From assembly GCA_973895155.1 (NCBI GenBank), contig OZ316892.1, positions 510,917-574,916 of the forward strand: a stretch of 64,000 nucleotides of DNA. Reading direction: 5' to 3'. The first letter of the stretch is position 1. Each line of letters starts with the position of its first letter. The position numbers and the translations under genes are program-made. Shown in pieces: positions 24,031 through 37,790 of this stretch. A model generated the notes under the pieces. The model worked only from the letters and a program-made list of their open reading frames with translations. It was not told the origin of the DNA and did not search any database. Source of the stretch: Marsupella aquatica. Its lineage: Eukaryota > Plantae > Marchantiophyta.

Positions 24031-27000
24031 CTACAACTGCAAAACCTGCAAAGTAGCACGGTGTCTTGAAAAACTCTCCAAATGAATCACTTTGGTAAAA
24101 GCATCAGCGGGATTGAGCTTTCCATCAATCTTGACTAGCTCAAAAGTTTTATTAGACACTACTTGCCTGATAAAATGGTACCTGATATTAATGTGCTTCA
24201 CCCTGCTATCCATCACCTGGTTAGCAGCCAAGTGAAGAGCACTCTGACTATCACAGTTTAGAGTCATTTTTCCATGCTCTAAACCCATCTCCGCGATCAA
24301 CTTATCCAGCCAAATTGCTCCCTTTGCTGCTTCTGCTATTGCAACATACTCTGCTTCTATAATAGACTGAGATATACACTTCTGCAAGGTAGATTTCTAA
24401 CTGATACATCCTCCAAGAGTGTATACAAACCCAGTTGTAGACCTCCTTGTATCCAGACAGCCTCCATAGTCAGAATCTACATAGCCAACTAACGTTCTAT
24501 CTGATCTGTTATCAAATAGTAATCCATAGTCCTGTGTTCCCCTCACATACCTGAGAATCCATTTCACAGCTTCCCAATATACCTTTCCTGGATTTGACAT
24601 GAATCTGCTGACCTTGCCCATCGCTAGGGCCAAGTCAGGCCTAGTACAAGTCATCAAATACATCAGACTGCCTACTGCCTTCTCATAAGGAATCTTAGCC
24701 ATCAGACCTTTCTCCACAACATCCGTAGGAGAGAAAGCCGATGATAACTTGAAATGTGAAGCTAAAGGAATATTCACTGGCTTACAGTTTTCCATGTTGA
24801 ATCGTGCAAGTACTTTTCTCGCATACTGGCCTTGACTCAAGCACAACTATCCAGTCTCAGAGTTCCTAAAAATCTCCATCCCTAAGATCCTCTTGGCCTT
24901 ACCAAGATCCTTCATCCTGAATTCAACACTCAATTTCGCCTTGAGACTGTCAACCTCAGATTGATCTTTAGCCACAATCAGCATGTCATCCACTTAGATC
25001 ACCAGAATGATGAAACCAAATACATCATTCTTGACTGATTTCGTATACACACAAGGATCATACACCATCCTTGTAAAACCTTGAGCAAGCATGAAATCAT
25101 CAAACTGCTTGTTCCACTGTTTGGGAGACTGCTTCAATCCATACAAGGACTTGAGCAATCTGCAAACTAAGTTCTCTTGGCCCTTCTTCATAAAGCCTAC
25201 TGGCTGTCTCATGAAGATCATCTCTTCCAAGTTGCCATAGAGAAAAGCAGTAACAACATCCATCTGATCCATCACAAGACCAAAAAACACAACAAGCTGA
25301 CACAAGATCCGAATTGTGGAATACTTAGCCACCGGTGAAAAGACCTCATTGTAATCCACTCCTTTCTCCTGAGTGAATCCCTTGGCAACAAGCCTTGCCT
25401 TGTAGATCTTGTCTCCACCCTCTGAAGGATTATCCTTCAACTTGTAAATCCACTTGCTGTCCACCACTTGTTGACCTCTTGGAAGCTCCACCAGCTCCCA
25501 TGTCTTGTTGTCACTCAAAGATTGCAACTCCCTCTGCATTGCTGCATTCCACTCATGCTTCTACTCTGAAGCACAAGCCTCACTATACGAAGAAGGCTCT
25601 CCTTCTTCCAAGATCAAAGCCATATCATCTTCATCAGGTGCAATGTTAATATCATCTAGCTTAGATGAGTCTGCCCATTGACCATACCTGGTAGGAGCTC
25701 TAGTAGAACGACTGGAAGTTCTTCTAGTAGATGACTCAGGCTGATCTGTTGCTGCTGCTGGTTGAATTTGAGGTACCCTAGCAACAATTTTCTCCTCTTG
25801 TTCCATCACAAGAACCAACTCCAAGCCCGGAGCTTCTCCATCTCTCCTGTCATGAACTGCATCATGACTAATCTCTCCCTCAACCCGGTCCGGGATGGGA
25901 GATTTCCCCTTGTCAGTATGGGAGTCCTGAGAACTCTCCCCCTCCTTTGATGATCTGGATTCATTAAAGGACACATCTCTACTGACAATTAGTTTACAGG
26001 TTACTGGATCCCATAACCTATAACCCTTCGCACCTTTCTGATAGCCAAGGAAAATGCACTTCTTCGACTTGGACTCCAGCTTGGATTGAAGCTGGGAAGG
26101 TGTAAGCACATAAGCATCACATCCAAAAATCCTCAGATGTGAGTAATTTGCTGGACGCCCGTATCTCATTTCAAATGGCGTCTTGAATCCAATAGAACTG
26201 GATGGAGAAAAAATTTATCAAATAAGCTGCAGTGTTGATAGCTTCATCCCAAAACTCATGTGGTAAGCATGATTGACTCAACATACTCCTCGAGTGGTCC
26301 AATAGTGTTCGGTTGAGTCTCTCAGAAATACCATTCTGCTGAGGAGTATAACTTGTTGTGAGATGGCGGGTAATCCCTTGCTCCTTACAATACGTTCCAA
26401 ATTCCCCGAAACTGTATTCACCGCCGTTATCTGATCGAAGATATCTCACCTTATTACCAGTTTGATTCTCAACTTGGGGCTTTCCACTCCTTAAAAGTGG
26501 CAAAAACATCAGACTTATTGTGTATAAAGTATATCCACACATATCTTGAGTAATCGTCTATGAACGTGACATAGTATAACCGTCTAGAATGTGAGGGAGT
26601 AGGGGCTGGACCCCACACATCACTATGTACATACTCAAGTACCTCCTTGCTGGTGTGAGTTCCAACTCCGAAGGGTTTCCTGTGCTGCTTCCCTAGCACA
26701 CAGTGCTCACAAAATTCCAACTTACAAGATTGCAAATTAGAAAGTTATCCTTTCTTCTGAAGAATAACCAAACCTTTTTCACTCATGTGGCCCAAACGAA
26801 AGTGCCACAGCCGGGCCGTCTCCTCATGAGATAAGGTTACATTGGCTTCATCACAGATTACACTGCCCTCCAAAACGTATAGATTGCAATGTCTTTTTCC
26901 TTTCAATACAACTTTAGTACCAGTTGAAACCTGAAGGACACCATTAGCAGAACTCCACTGATGGCCATTTGCTTCTAAAATTCCAAGTGAAATGAGATTT

Positions 27001-28313
27001 TTCATCATGTTGGGAATATGTCTCACATTCCTCAACGTTCTCACAGCACCATCAAACATCTGAAATCTTACAGATCCAAGTCCAACAACTTGACATGGGA
27101 TTCCATTTCCCATCAACATTGACCCGTTGGAAACTGTGTAAGAACTGAAACAATCTCTCCTAGAGCAAATGTGAAAAGTACATGCACTATCTAGAATCCA
27201 GTCATCACTACCTGGATTTGACACTACGTTGAGAGCATAACCTTGACATCACAATATATCATCATCATCGAGTAAATCTACCTCATGCGAGCTCGATGCC
27301 GCGTTAGCAGAGGCAGTAGGGACCTTTACTCGACAATCCCTTTTCATGTGGCCAGACTTGCCACAATTCCAACATGCAAGAGGCTTCCTCTCTTGCAATT
27401 TCCCTCTGGATTTAGATCTCCCCCGTGATGTAGATCTAAACCTGTTCTGCCCATTCGTGCGCTGCGCTGCTCTCCCATGGTTCACGTTCAGCGTAGTGCC
27501 AAAAGAAGATGCTGTCTGTGATTGACCCAGCTTCTTCTGAGCATCATCAGACAGTAAAGAGCTCACCACCTCATTACACAAAATGGACTTCAGATCTCTA
27601 TACAAGAGCACGTGTTTCAAGCCCTGATATGACGGCGATAAGGAGCTTAGCAAAAGCAAGGCCTTATCCTCATCTTCAACTCCTTTTCCCAGGTTTGACA
27701 AATCCACCGCTAGACTGTCAAACTCATCCCGGTGATCCTGCATCTTGCTCCCTTCCTTGAGCCTGAGGCTCATCAAGAGAGAATTCTTGTACAGCCGGTC
27801 AGATGCATCTTCTCGGTAGTACTTCTCTCTTAGAGCCTTGAACAATGACGCGCAATCCGCATAATCATCCAGCTGCTTGATGATGTACGGCTTCAGATAA
27901 AGCATCACTGCATTGACAACAATCACCTGCTCCTGTCTCCACTACCTCACTAAAATCTCCTTCTCTCCATCATACTGCTCTCGCGATGAAAGCAGATGAG
28001 CTAAGCCCATGGCCTGTAGAACACCCTTCACTTGCTTCTCCCACAACAAGCAATCAGTATGACCATCGTACTTCTCCACCTCAAACTTCACTCCTCCAAA
28101 TCTAGCCATTTCCCTCTTCTTTCCAACTACCAACAGCTCTGGTAGTAACACAACTTCCTCCACTGCACGCAGCACCGGTGATCGTACCGGTGTCACTAGT
28201 TCTTCCTCAAACGGTAGCAGCTCCTCCTCAGACTCACCGTCTGATCGTCGCAATCCTGAAGCTCCACCGACGTCAAATCTTCCAGTATCCTCCGAGTCAC
28301 TCATATGAAACAA
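24031..28313 (-). pseudogene. Copia gag-pol polyprotein (gag, CCHC, protease, integrase, RT, RNase H) with multiple stops/frameshifts
   Basis: Motifs CWNCGKSGHMKRDC, WILDSAC, LWHFRLGH, VHSDVWGP, LRSDNGGEY, YKARLVAKG, SLYGLKQSP; YVDD is mutated to *VDD; RNase H EAEY and KHINIRYHF. Confidence 0.93.
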
Positions 28314-29917
28314 TCACGAAAAAACATCTTTTTTCAAAACTTCTCATAAAACTCAAACCTCAACACCGCCGCGTAGCTCACGAAGCTAGGAGTCCAATAC
28401 TGAAAGCCGAAATCAAAATCAAAATTTGACGGAAAAGTTATTCAAATTTTGGTCAGGGTGGGTAAAACCTTGGGAAACTCCCCCGTTTTGACCACCTCGG
28501 AGAATAACCAAAATACCAAGTACAACCCGTCGTCGGAATCACGATGTGATTAGTGCGTCGCGTTGCTAACGCCAGTGGCAACGTCCTCACCGAAAAAGAA
28601 CCAAAAAAGTTACCGTTCGGCGGACGGAATCTTTGTGAGATGGCCAAAAAACAGCTCTATGTTTTTTGGGAATATTCCCACACAGTCTCACAGGTCTCAC
28701 AGGGGGCCATTCCCCCTGTCGAAGCGGTTAAAACGGAGGGTCACAGGGCCCGGGACAGCCAATAGAAGAGCCAACAAGAAAAAGACAAAAAAATTGGCAC
28801 TTAAAAGGGGTTGAATGGCCCCTTAGCAAAAATACGCCCCAAAATGCGCATCCGCGTCGCGCGACGCGGGGCGGGCCAGGCAAGATACAGGGTATGCGCG
28901 AGTGTGGCCGGGGTACGCACGGGCGAATATGGGCGTAAATGCAAAAAAGGGGCGGGGGAGGAGTTTGCGACCGATAGCATGGCCTGGTCGCAAAAAGTGT
29001 ACAAAGGGGGGGGCCGGGGGCTCGTTAAGTCAAGGGGAAGGGCGACAGCGCGCACAAAGCGCCGGCCGGCGCTGCGCAGTTCGCCAACGCGGGAGGAAAA
29101 AGAGGTGCGGGGGGGGACGACAAGTACTCGGGGCCGGGAGGGGTATGAGTTGTGTATACACACCTCGTGTGTGTATACACACACCAAGTGACCCCCTTAA
29201 ATCCAAAAATTAGCCTAAAGCAAAAAATGCTGATTACTCAACCTAACAGCCGCCGTTTTAAACAAGAAAACAACGAGTTACCGACGGGATATGTTGCCGA
29301 ATCACACCGGCGCCGTCTGCAACTCCAGCACTGTAATAACTTTCGTCGCGTCACCTTCACTGCGCGTCAAGTGTCAATCCCAGACTCAAAACAACCGCCT
29401 CACCGCGATCAATCCATTGAGCCGTAGCACTTCGCGTTTCTTCCACCGAGTCGGACGTCACGAAGAGAAAACCCGGTTCAGATGAGAACAAGCTCCATAG
29501 CTTATGAAAAAACCTGAACGCCTCCTTCACTCGTCACGATGCACTCGGTAATAACTCGACAACAATCCAGCTACCGAAAAGACCAGCTTGCATCAACCTT
29601 CAACTTAAGCTATAATGTGCGATCCCTCCCGTACCGCACAGCTCACACCGTTGAAAAACGTAAACTCTGGTCTCTCCCCTGAAATATCGTCAAACACGAA
29701 TAAACCCTGAACGACGCAAACTTTGATTCCTCCATACCACGGATACCGATCAGCGAGTTCTAACCACCGTTAGAATGCCCTCTCACTAACCTATCCGCAC
29801 AGCCACACACATTTGAGTTTCATGTGACGAAACTCCAAATGTACCATCGACAATGAACGCTGGAAAAACCCGTCACGAAAAAACCTCGTCACCTCCCAGG
29901 CATGCTCTGATACCACT

Positions 29918-30261
29918 TGTTGAGCATAGACGACATTCGCAACGGCAAGCCCATGAACCATCCAACGCACAATAGTCGACACAGAGAGATACGTGGTTCA
30001 CCTCCACATGAGGCTACGTCCACGGGAACACACAAGAGCTTTACTGCACTCTAGGCCGACCGGCCATACCAAGCATCCATAGCACAAGCTCTCCCTATCT
30101 CTCAACTAGCTTCGTAACAATGAGCCTAAGTTCCACCAGGGTCTAGCATCAGCCCTGGCTATATGCACACCAGCACTACCGCTAACATTAGCTAAGTCGT
30201 AACCAGAGTTAGACTAACTGTGGTTAGCTCATGAGTCACAAGACTAGAGCAATATCTAACA
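29918..30261 (-). repeat. Copia 5' LTR
   Basis: Adjacent to the PBS; repeat of 23493-23834. Confidence 0.93.
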
Positions 30262-31639
30262 CACAAGGTATTAGGCTTCATTTATCCTGTCATGTTATTT
30301 TTGCTGTTTTTCTAGTTATTATTTTAGTACTGTATAATTCTTCTGTTTTATTAGATGGAGTTCCAGTTAGTTGGTGTTAGTTGGTGATAGTTGAAACTTC
30401 AGACAAAATAATTTTTTCCAAAGATATGTGTAATTTGAAGAAGTTTATGAATGTTAGGTATGTCACATCCTACTTTTGCAATTTAAAGCCCATTCTGGAG
30501 GGACGCTGCATGGATTGTTACGGACCCCCATTAGAGGTCCTTTCCAAAATTCCTGGCTCCACAACGTGCCACCTCATCATGGCATGCCGCAAACAGGAAG
30601 AGACTTGTTTTTGGATAACCTGAACTTCTACATTCGTGTTTGTGGCAACTTTGCTATAAAAACTGGGACGCCATGCCATAAAAAAGAATGTAAAAAAATG
30701 ACATGCAAATCAAAAGACAAAAAAATTGAGGTAAAACTGCTCCTAGTAATGGTTTTATTTCCATTTTGATTTTACTCAAAACATAAAATTTTCCGGACAA
30801 CAATTTTCAATTTGACATTGCTGAGTCAAATCATAATAAACTCACATATAATATGGTGTTGGAAAGATCTTGAAGAGACAGTCCTAATGAGTTCAGCATT
30901 GTCACCATTCAATAAGAATTGAATAAGTAATTTAAAAAATAGATTTTACCCCTGATTTCATAATCTCTAACATGAATAGAAATCTTTGTTGTACAACCCC
31001 TGAAATGTTGACCCCTTTCATGATAATGGTAAAATTAACAGATTTTATCGAGTATTAAGGAGATTGTGAATTTTAAAATTTATTTAGTTTTTTAATGAAC
31101 TTAACATTGATAGATTTAGTTCTAAAAGCTTATTTTATATTTGATGTTAATTATGGTTACATTGGTAAGTTTGACAACTATTTCAAGTGTCAAACATTGA
31201 CTTGTACAATTTTGAAATTTATTTTATTTAGATTTGGAGGTCCATCTAGACTTCAGTTTCTAGAATAACATGGGGGTCCACCTTTAATTTCCAAATAATG
31301 TCTATACCTTTGTAACTGCAAATTGTGCAAAACTATTCTGTGAAAATGCTACCGGTAGCCATCGCATCGTGAGTGCATCGTGAGCGCATCTTCTGTTATC
31401 AGAGGACGTCTCAGCTAAGACTTGGAAAGTATCTTAGCAATGCCATATGGATCTTCAGGGTGAGCCTCATTAGACAAAATTGTGGTCTCCAGTAAGTTGG
31501 GACCAGGTCCCTGACAGATGCCTGTGAAGGACCTTGATCATACCTTTACATGAAGTTGCCTAGGTTATGAAATAAGGAGTGCTTGCTTTCGCATCTAAGC
31601 TGATTCCTTCGAAGAACGATGTATTGCTTGGTAATGCAG

Positions 31640-34600
31640 ATGCTCGCTGGGTCGACTGGAATGGCTTTATCACAGATAGGAATAATTTCTCGGACTTATA
31701 TCTCCCCTCTACTGTCTGGTGACACCTCCAAGCAGTCGGGAGTTTGTCTCAGGTCACCCTATTCTTCCTATCACTGGAGAAGGAAGGGTTTCCTCGGGGA
31801 ATATGGGATACTCTCTTCATCAAATGGTTTCAATCTTAGGGCATCAGCCGCTTCATCAAGGCCAACATTTCTTCGGGCGAGGAAGAAACTCAGGTGCTGG
31901 AATGAGGAGGGAGATGCAGGGGAACCTCCTCCAAGCGACAAAGCTGCTTTAGAAGCACTAGAGCAAGCAATTCAATTCCAGGTGCTGTTACGATTCATCC
32001 ACCACTCACCTCACATCGCCTACGTTGCTTTAACATGGTTTTGGACAGATTCAGTCAGTAGAAATAGATGCTCCAAGGTTACAGCAGAATAATTTCAGCT
32101 TAAATTACAGCTGCAATTCTGTGACGTTCAACAAGCTGTGAATGAAACAGACGACGCAGACGATGATGATGCTTAATGCTGACCGATTACCAGGTAAAGG
32201 AGGAAACTCGTCTCTTTTTTTGTGGGCCGGCAAGAGGAGATCTGGCAGAGGTTGAAGCCTTCTGTCGCCTGTACAGGCATGCGGAGCAACTCCATTCCGT
32301 TGTCATGAATGCACTCCGCACCCACACCACCACTGCGAACGAAAATAAGACGACCCTGGGACCTTACCATGGGGATGTGTTATTGGTGGAGGATAAGGTT
32401 GCTTCTGGTCTAGCACACCTTATGGCCATACTAAATGAAGGTAAGGAAGACGTGCTTGGAATGCGGACAATGGGCAGAGCCAATCTCGCCGAGGAGGTAT
32501 CGCCAGATGACCTTCCTCCTTTTGCTGAGCTCAGAAAAGAAGTAAGAGCTTGTTGCTTGACTCTAGAGGGGGCTCTGGAATCCCTCTTGCCCTCTGATTC
32601 TCAGCAAGGCTTGGAAGCTCAGGAAAGGATGCTGAAACTGAAGAATGCCTGCCTGGATGCTGGTTTTCCCAGGCCTGAGGGAATCCCTAGTTCTGCTGAT
32701 ATCCCCAACCTTGCACCCGTCAGGCTTCGGCCTTCCAAAAGTGCACGATCCCTTTACAAGGATGAAAATGTGGCTTTCTGGCGAGGTGGGCACATCACTG
32801 AGGCAGGGCTAAGCTGGCTGGTGGAAAAGGGATTCAAAACTATTGTGGATTTGAGGGAAGGCTCTGCCCAACCCATTGCCCGGAGTGCTCTCCCTGACGC
32901 AGTAGCGTCTGGAAAGCTGAAAGTGGTCAGAATCCCGGTTGAGAGGGGAAGTGCACCGTCTAAGGACCAAGTCGAGGAATTTGCCCGGCTGGTGGCTGAT
33001 GATGGTAACAAGCCTCTTTACCTTCACACTCGAGCTGGAGTAGGCAGAGCGTCTGCTATGGTCTCCAGGTGGCGAGAAGTTGCTCTCCGAAAACAAACGG
33101 AGGCTGGTGTAGCGAAAAGGGGAACCGCTGAGACTATGACCGGTGGCCTTGAGCTGCTTAGCGTGGACGACGCTGTCAGAATTTCACAGGAAGATGCCTT
33201 GACTCTGGAGAATGCAATCAAGACAAGTGAAAATGGTCACGTTTCTGTTCCTGAGAAACCCAGCAACGGAGGTATCACAGGTTCGTCCGACTCCAATGAT
33301 GGCTCCCTTTCTGGTGATAAGGAATTGATTCCTGCTGGTGTTGTGCAAGATGGGCAAGCCAATCCAAATGGGAGTGTCCTGAGCGTCCAATGTGATATTC
33401 GACGGTTTGATGTGAATCAGAATGCATTTGAAGCTCAAAGGCCAGTACGGAATGTCTTGAACAGAAAGGCAATGTCAAAGTTCATGAAGCGGCGTAAGGT
33501 GCCTGCAATGTTTTTCTCTAATAGGATAGGTAAACCAATTGTGAATTCATCCCCGCCAAGCAGTGGATTGGGTCTCCTGAATGGAAATATTGCTGGACCT
33601 GCAAATAGATGGACCCCGAGTAGTCCAGGCATTCCAAGGGCGGACGCCCTAGAGGCTCGTAATCGACCACAACCAGCAGGTGTTTCTTTCGGTCCTGTAA
33701 ATGGAATCTCTGATAAACCAACCGCGAAGAAGAATGGCAACAGTAGACTAGGATCTGTGAATGGGAATGCTGAACTAGTAGATAGGAATGAAGAGCAATT
33801 GCATGAAACAGAGAGCAAGAGCTTAGAGAAAGTAGCAGTTGAGGATAATGCATCATTTTACAGAGCTCCTGAGAATAGTACGTCAGAGGAAGTTGACGAA
33901 CCAGTCAGTGTGGAAGGTGACATGTGTGCATCTACCACCGGAGTGGTCCGCCTTCAATCGAGAAAGAAGGCAGAGATGTTCCTGGTACGAACTGATGGCT
34001 ATTCTTGTACGCGGGAGCGCGTCAAAGAATCGACTTTAGCATTCACACATCCAAGCACACAGCAGCAAATGCTAATGTGGAAGACTCCACCGAGAACTGT
34101 GCTACTCTTGAAAAAGCTTGGCAGTGAGCTGACAGAGGAGACACAAGAGGTACAGCAGTACCTTTTTTAAACTTATTGCTATATGTTCAACGGGCGCAAC
34201 CTTGTTTCCCAAGACCTAATATAGGAGGACTTCGAAGATGAGAACCCCGTTTTTTGCGTGCTGTTTAAAGCTGTAGAGTACTTTACATCCCTGATTAGAC
34301 TAGTCTGCTGTTTTTGGATTGCACTCCTTTCCTACAACATTATTGTTGCAAGAAAATTGCTACAATATTAGTCCATTCCTCTGTTCGTCCTTTCAATGCA
34401 GGAGCCTAAATATTCCTAGGCTTCGTTGTAGTCAGGTCTAGGAGTAGATTACTTGGGATGTGGAATACCCATTTCGAGCATGCTTACATAGAGGTTAACT
34501 CTCTGCATTCAGGTAGCATCCTTTCTTTATCACCAAGAGGGTATGAATGTGATGGTGGAACCAGACGTCCATGACAGTTTAGCCAGGCTGCCAGGATTTG

Positions 34601-36403
34601 GCTTTATCCAGACCTTCTACACCCAGGACGCAAGGTACAATCTTCCTCTGAATTTCTCCGTTGTGATCTATCCTTCTTATTCTGGCAGATAATTTTCTTG
34701 CTTGATCTCGAGTTGTTCTATAACGGATAGTTGTTTGTTACGTATCAGCGAACTCCATGAGAGGGTCGACTTTGTGGTGTGTTTGGGAGGGGATGGCGTG
34801 ATTTTACATGCCTCAAATCTCTTTCGGAGTGCAGTTCCTCCCGTGGTCTCCTTCAACCTTGGTTCGCTGGGCTTCCTCACTTCTCACACTGTACGTACAA
34901 CTATTTGCTATGCCTGGTGATTGGAAATAGATGAACTTAAAGGAGTAATTGATTGTAAGGTGCGAGTCCTCTGGACTTGGCAGGAAGTCTATACGAGCAC
35001 AGATCAGTTTCCTGGTACGCAAGAATGCAACTCAATGAGCAGTATCTCCTTGGGTCCTGATTCACGAACTTGATTAGTCTCAACATTTCCGTTTTCTGGC
35101 TGAACCAAGGTAATTCTATTATGGTAATCATAGGTCTACTGTGTTGGTGCAGTTCTCCACCCACAAGCAAGACCTGCAAGCTGTTATCCATGGACACAGT
35201 GACATGATGACTGGCGTGTACATTACTTTGCGGATGCGGTTGCGATGTGAGTTGTATCGTAATGGGAAGGCTGTTCCGGGGAAAGTATTTGATGTGTTAA
35301 ATGAGGTAGTCGTTGATCGTGGTTCAAATCCTTACTTATGCAAGATCGAGTGTTACGAACGCAATCGGCTTATTACAAAGGCAAGTCGACCATCGCTAAG
35401 TTATTGATCACGTGTCTCTGGATCGGCATGGACATTTTTAGTTAGTGTACCCTTTGTATTGTTTAGCTCCCAAGCTGGTGGTTTGTTCAGGTGCAAGCTG
35501 ATGGAGTTATTATAGCCACACCAACAGGAAGTACAGCATATTCCATTGCTGCTGGAGGATCGATGGTATGTATGTGTTAATGTTCTGCACAGAGAAGTAA
35601 CGTGCATTATAGTGTACGTCATGCATTGGAATTTACTGTAAACAGTGTGTGATAAATTAGGGATTCCAGCCCTCAATGAATAAGATGCCTTTTTTCAATA
35701 AGGGAGCTTCTGGATTTTTTGTAATGCAGGTGCACCCAAATGTACCGTGCATGCTCTTCACACCAATCTGCCCTCATTCTCTATCTTTTCGTCCCGTCAT
35801 TTTGCCTGATTCGGCCTTACTCGAGCTCAAGGTAATTTTACGGTACTCCTCAAGGTGGTCGCGCTAATGACCATCACTTGATTTTTGGAAAGCATAGCGG
35901 TAATATTATTAAAGCTTTTATTAAGGTGTCATGCAGCTAACAGAAAGAAGGAACAAAGTGGAACCACAATCAGATTCCACCCAGTTCACTACTTCCAGCT
36001 GTTGATATTGTCTTCCCAGTTTTCAAAATGGTCGTTACTTTTTGCTTCTGTTTGATTGTCCTCTTCTAACCAATAGTTTGCTGAAGAGATTAATGATAAG
36101 TAGCTTTCTCCTTGAGGTTGATTAGGATAGCGGAGCCCAATGGAGTGGCTTGAATACCAATTCTGTGATTAACATCAACTTGTTGTTTACCAGGTCCCAT
36201 TCGATGCTCGAAGCAATGCATGGGTATCCTTTGATGGTAAGAAAAGGCAACAACTATCTAAAGGTGATTCTGTAAAAATCTGTATGAGTGAACATCCTCT
36301 ACCCACTGTAAACAAGAGCGACCAGACTGACGACTGGTTCCAGAGCCTGGTGCGCTGCCTGAATTGGAACGAGCGCCTAGAGCAAAGACCGTTGTCTTCA
36401 TGA
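31640..36403 (+). CDS. NADK2: NAD kinase 2, chloroplastic-type (~1058 aa, 8 coding exons)
   Basis: Exons 31640-31981, 32194-34149, 34513-34634, 34749-34890, 35153-35380, 35491-35565, 35730-35831 and 36194-36403 splice in frame. Motifs [54 protein letters not shown]; transit-peptide-like N-terminus. Confidence 0.95.
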
Positions 36404-37329
36404 TTAACCTAAAGAGCAAAGGGCATTGTCCATATGAAAACAAAGAGCAGTGACATTGTCTATACAGGAAATTTAGAATACAAATTGTTCAGTTTATATA
36501 AGGTTGTAGAGTAAAGGTCATTGTGTCGCTTTTTGTTTATACATGATTCACTAGAATGAATGTTACTGAGGATTTCGTGTAGACTCGTGAAGTTTCCAAG
36601 CCTCTCTGCAAAGACGGCCAACTCCACAATTGACGAGCAGGTATAAGCGTGTTGAGCATCAAGAACGCCTTGGCGAGCCCTCACAACAGCAGCACGGCGC
36701 GGTTGTGAAGTGAAACCAGGCCATAGATCTGTTGCTTAAGTTTAAAAGAATGCCTGTGCCTGCGCTCCAATGATCCAACGACGTGTCCTGTGCTCGAAAA
36801 TTAATTGTACATTATATTCATTTGTGAGGATTCACAAGAAATTCTCAAATGGACTGTAAATTATTATTTTTTGGAAGATGAAGTACAGTTTCCAGAAATG
36901 CACAGAACCAGATTTCAAGTCAATCTGGGGTACAATTGGGTTTGATCACGATTCCTGTAGGTGTCCTCCTGCGTTGACCACTAGGGGCGTACTAGCTATC
37001 GTTTTGTGTCAGTGCCGATCTATCTGAGCTGTGTGGATATAATTATGAAATTTGTAAGTGGCCTTTCCAATATACTTTGATAGATATTATTCAAGGCATA
37101 AGAAAAATTAAAGAGCTATGAGATCTCCATTCCAAGCTGATTCTGAAGACAGGATTCTGAGGGTGCGCATGGAATATATGAAAATGGTAGCTTTTTATGA
37201 GGATTAAGGATTCTAAAAAGGATTAAGACGATGACATGAGTTTGGAGCCAAAGTGTTTGACTCTCGTCAAAAGTCCAGAGGCTGACGCCTTAGCCCGTAG
37301 GTATTTATTTATTCTTGCAATGACAATAT

Positions 37330-37790
37330 TTATTCCTCCCTAAACCATAATTTGTCAACAGTCAACTCTGAACCTCGCCCTCAACCCTGCACCTTCATTC
37401 CTCCATCACGGGTGACTCAAACTCTCCACCCTCAGCTGTCAACCTGCAACTGACTTGGGGCCTCAAACTCTCAACCCCACCCTCAACTGTCAACCCTGAA
37501 CCTGTGCACTGTCAACCTGTGCACTGTCAGCCATGAACCCATGCACCCACCAACTCTCAACCCTGCACTATCAGCGCGCCTTCCACCACTAGTGACTCAA
37601 ATCCCTAATCAAACCCTCAATTGTCAACCCTGCATGATCAACTCTTCAGCACTACTGACTCAGACTCTAAACCATCAACCCTCGACCTTGCACTGTCAAC
37701 CCTCCACCACGGGTAACTCAAACTCTCAACCCTCCGTGACTCAAACTCTCAACCCTCCACTCTCAACAGCCAACCCTAAACCTTGACCCT
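37330..37790. repeat. Degenerate C-rich short-unit repeat array (caaccct / gactcaaactct), probable TE subterminal region
   Basis: Many imperfect tgtcaaccct and aactctcaaccc units. Confidence 0.5.

Larger units (their letters stand above)
23493..30261 (-). mobile_element. Full-length degenerate Ty1/copia LTR retrotransposon
   Basis: LTRs at 23493-23834 and 29918-30261 (TG...CA; 11 substitutions plus a 2-bp indel by eye). TSD CACAA; PBS TGGTATCAGAGC (tRNA-iMet) at 29904-29915; PPT AAGGGGGAG adjacent to 23834. Confidence 0.96.

Noticed and set aside
37330-37790. Interstitial telomere or CRISPR-like array
   Set aside because: Units are degenerate and irregular with only isolated AACCCTAAA; there is no repeat-spacer periodicity, and the context is eukaryotic.
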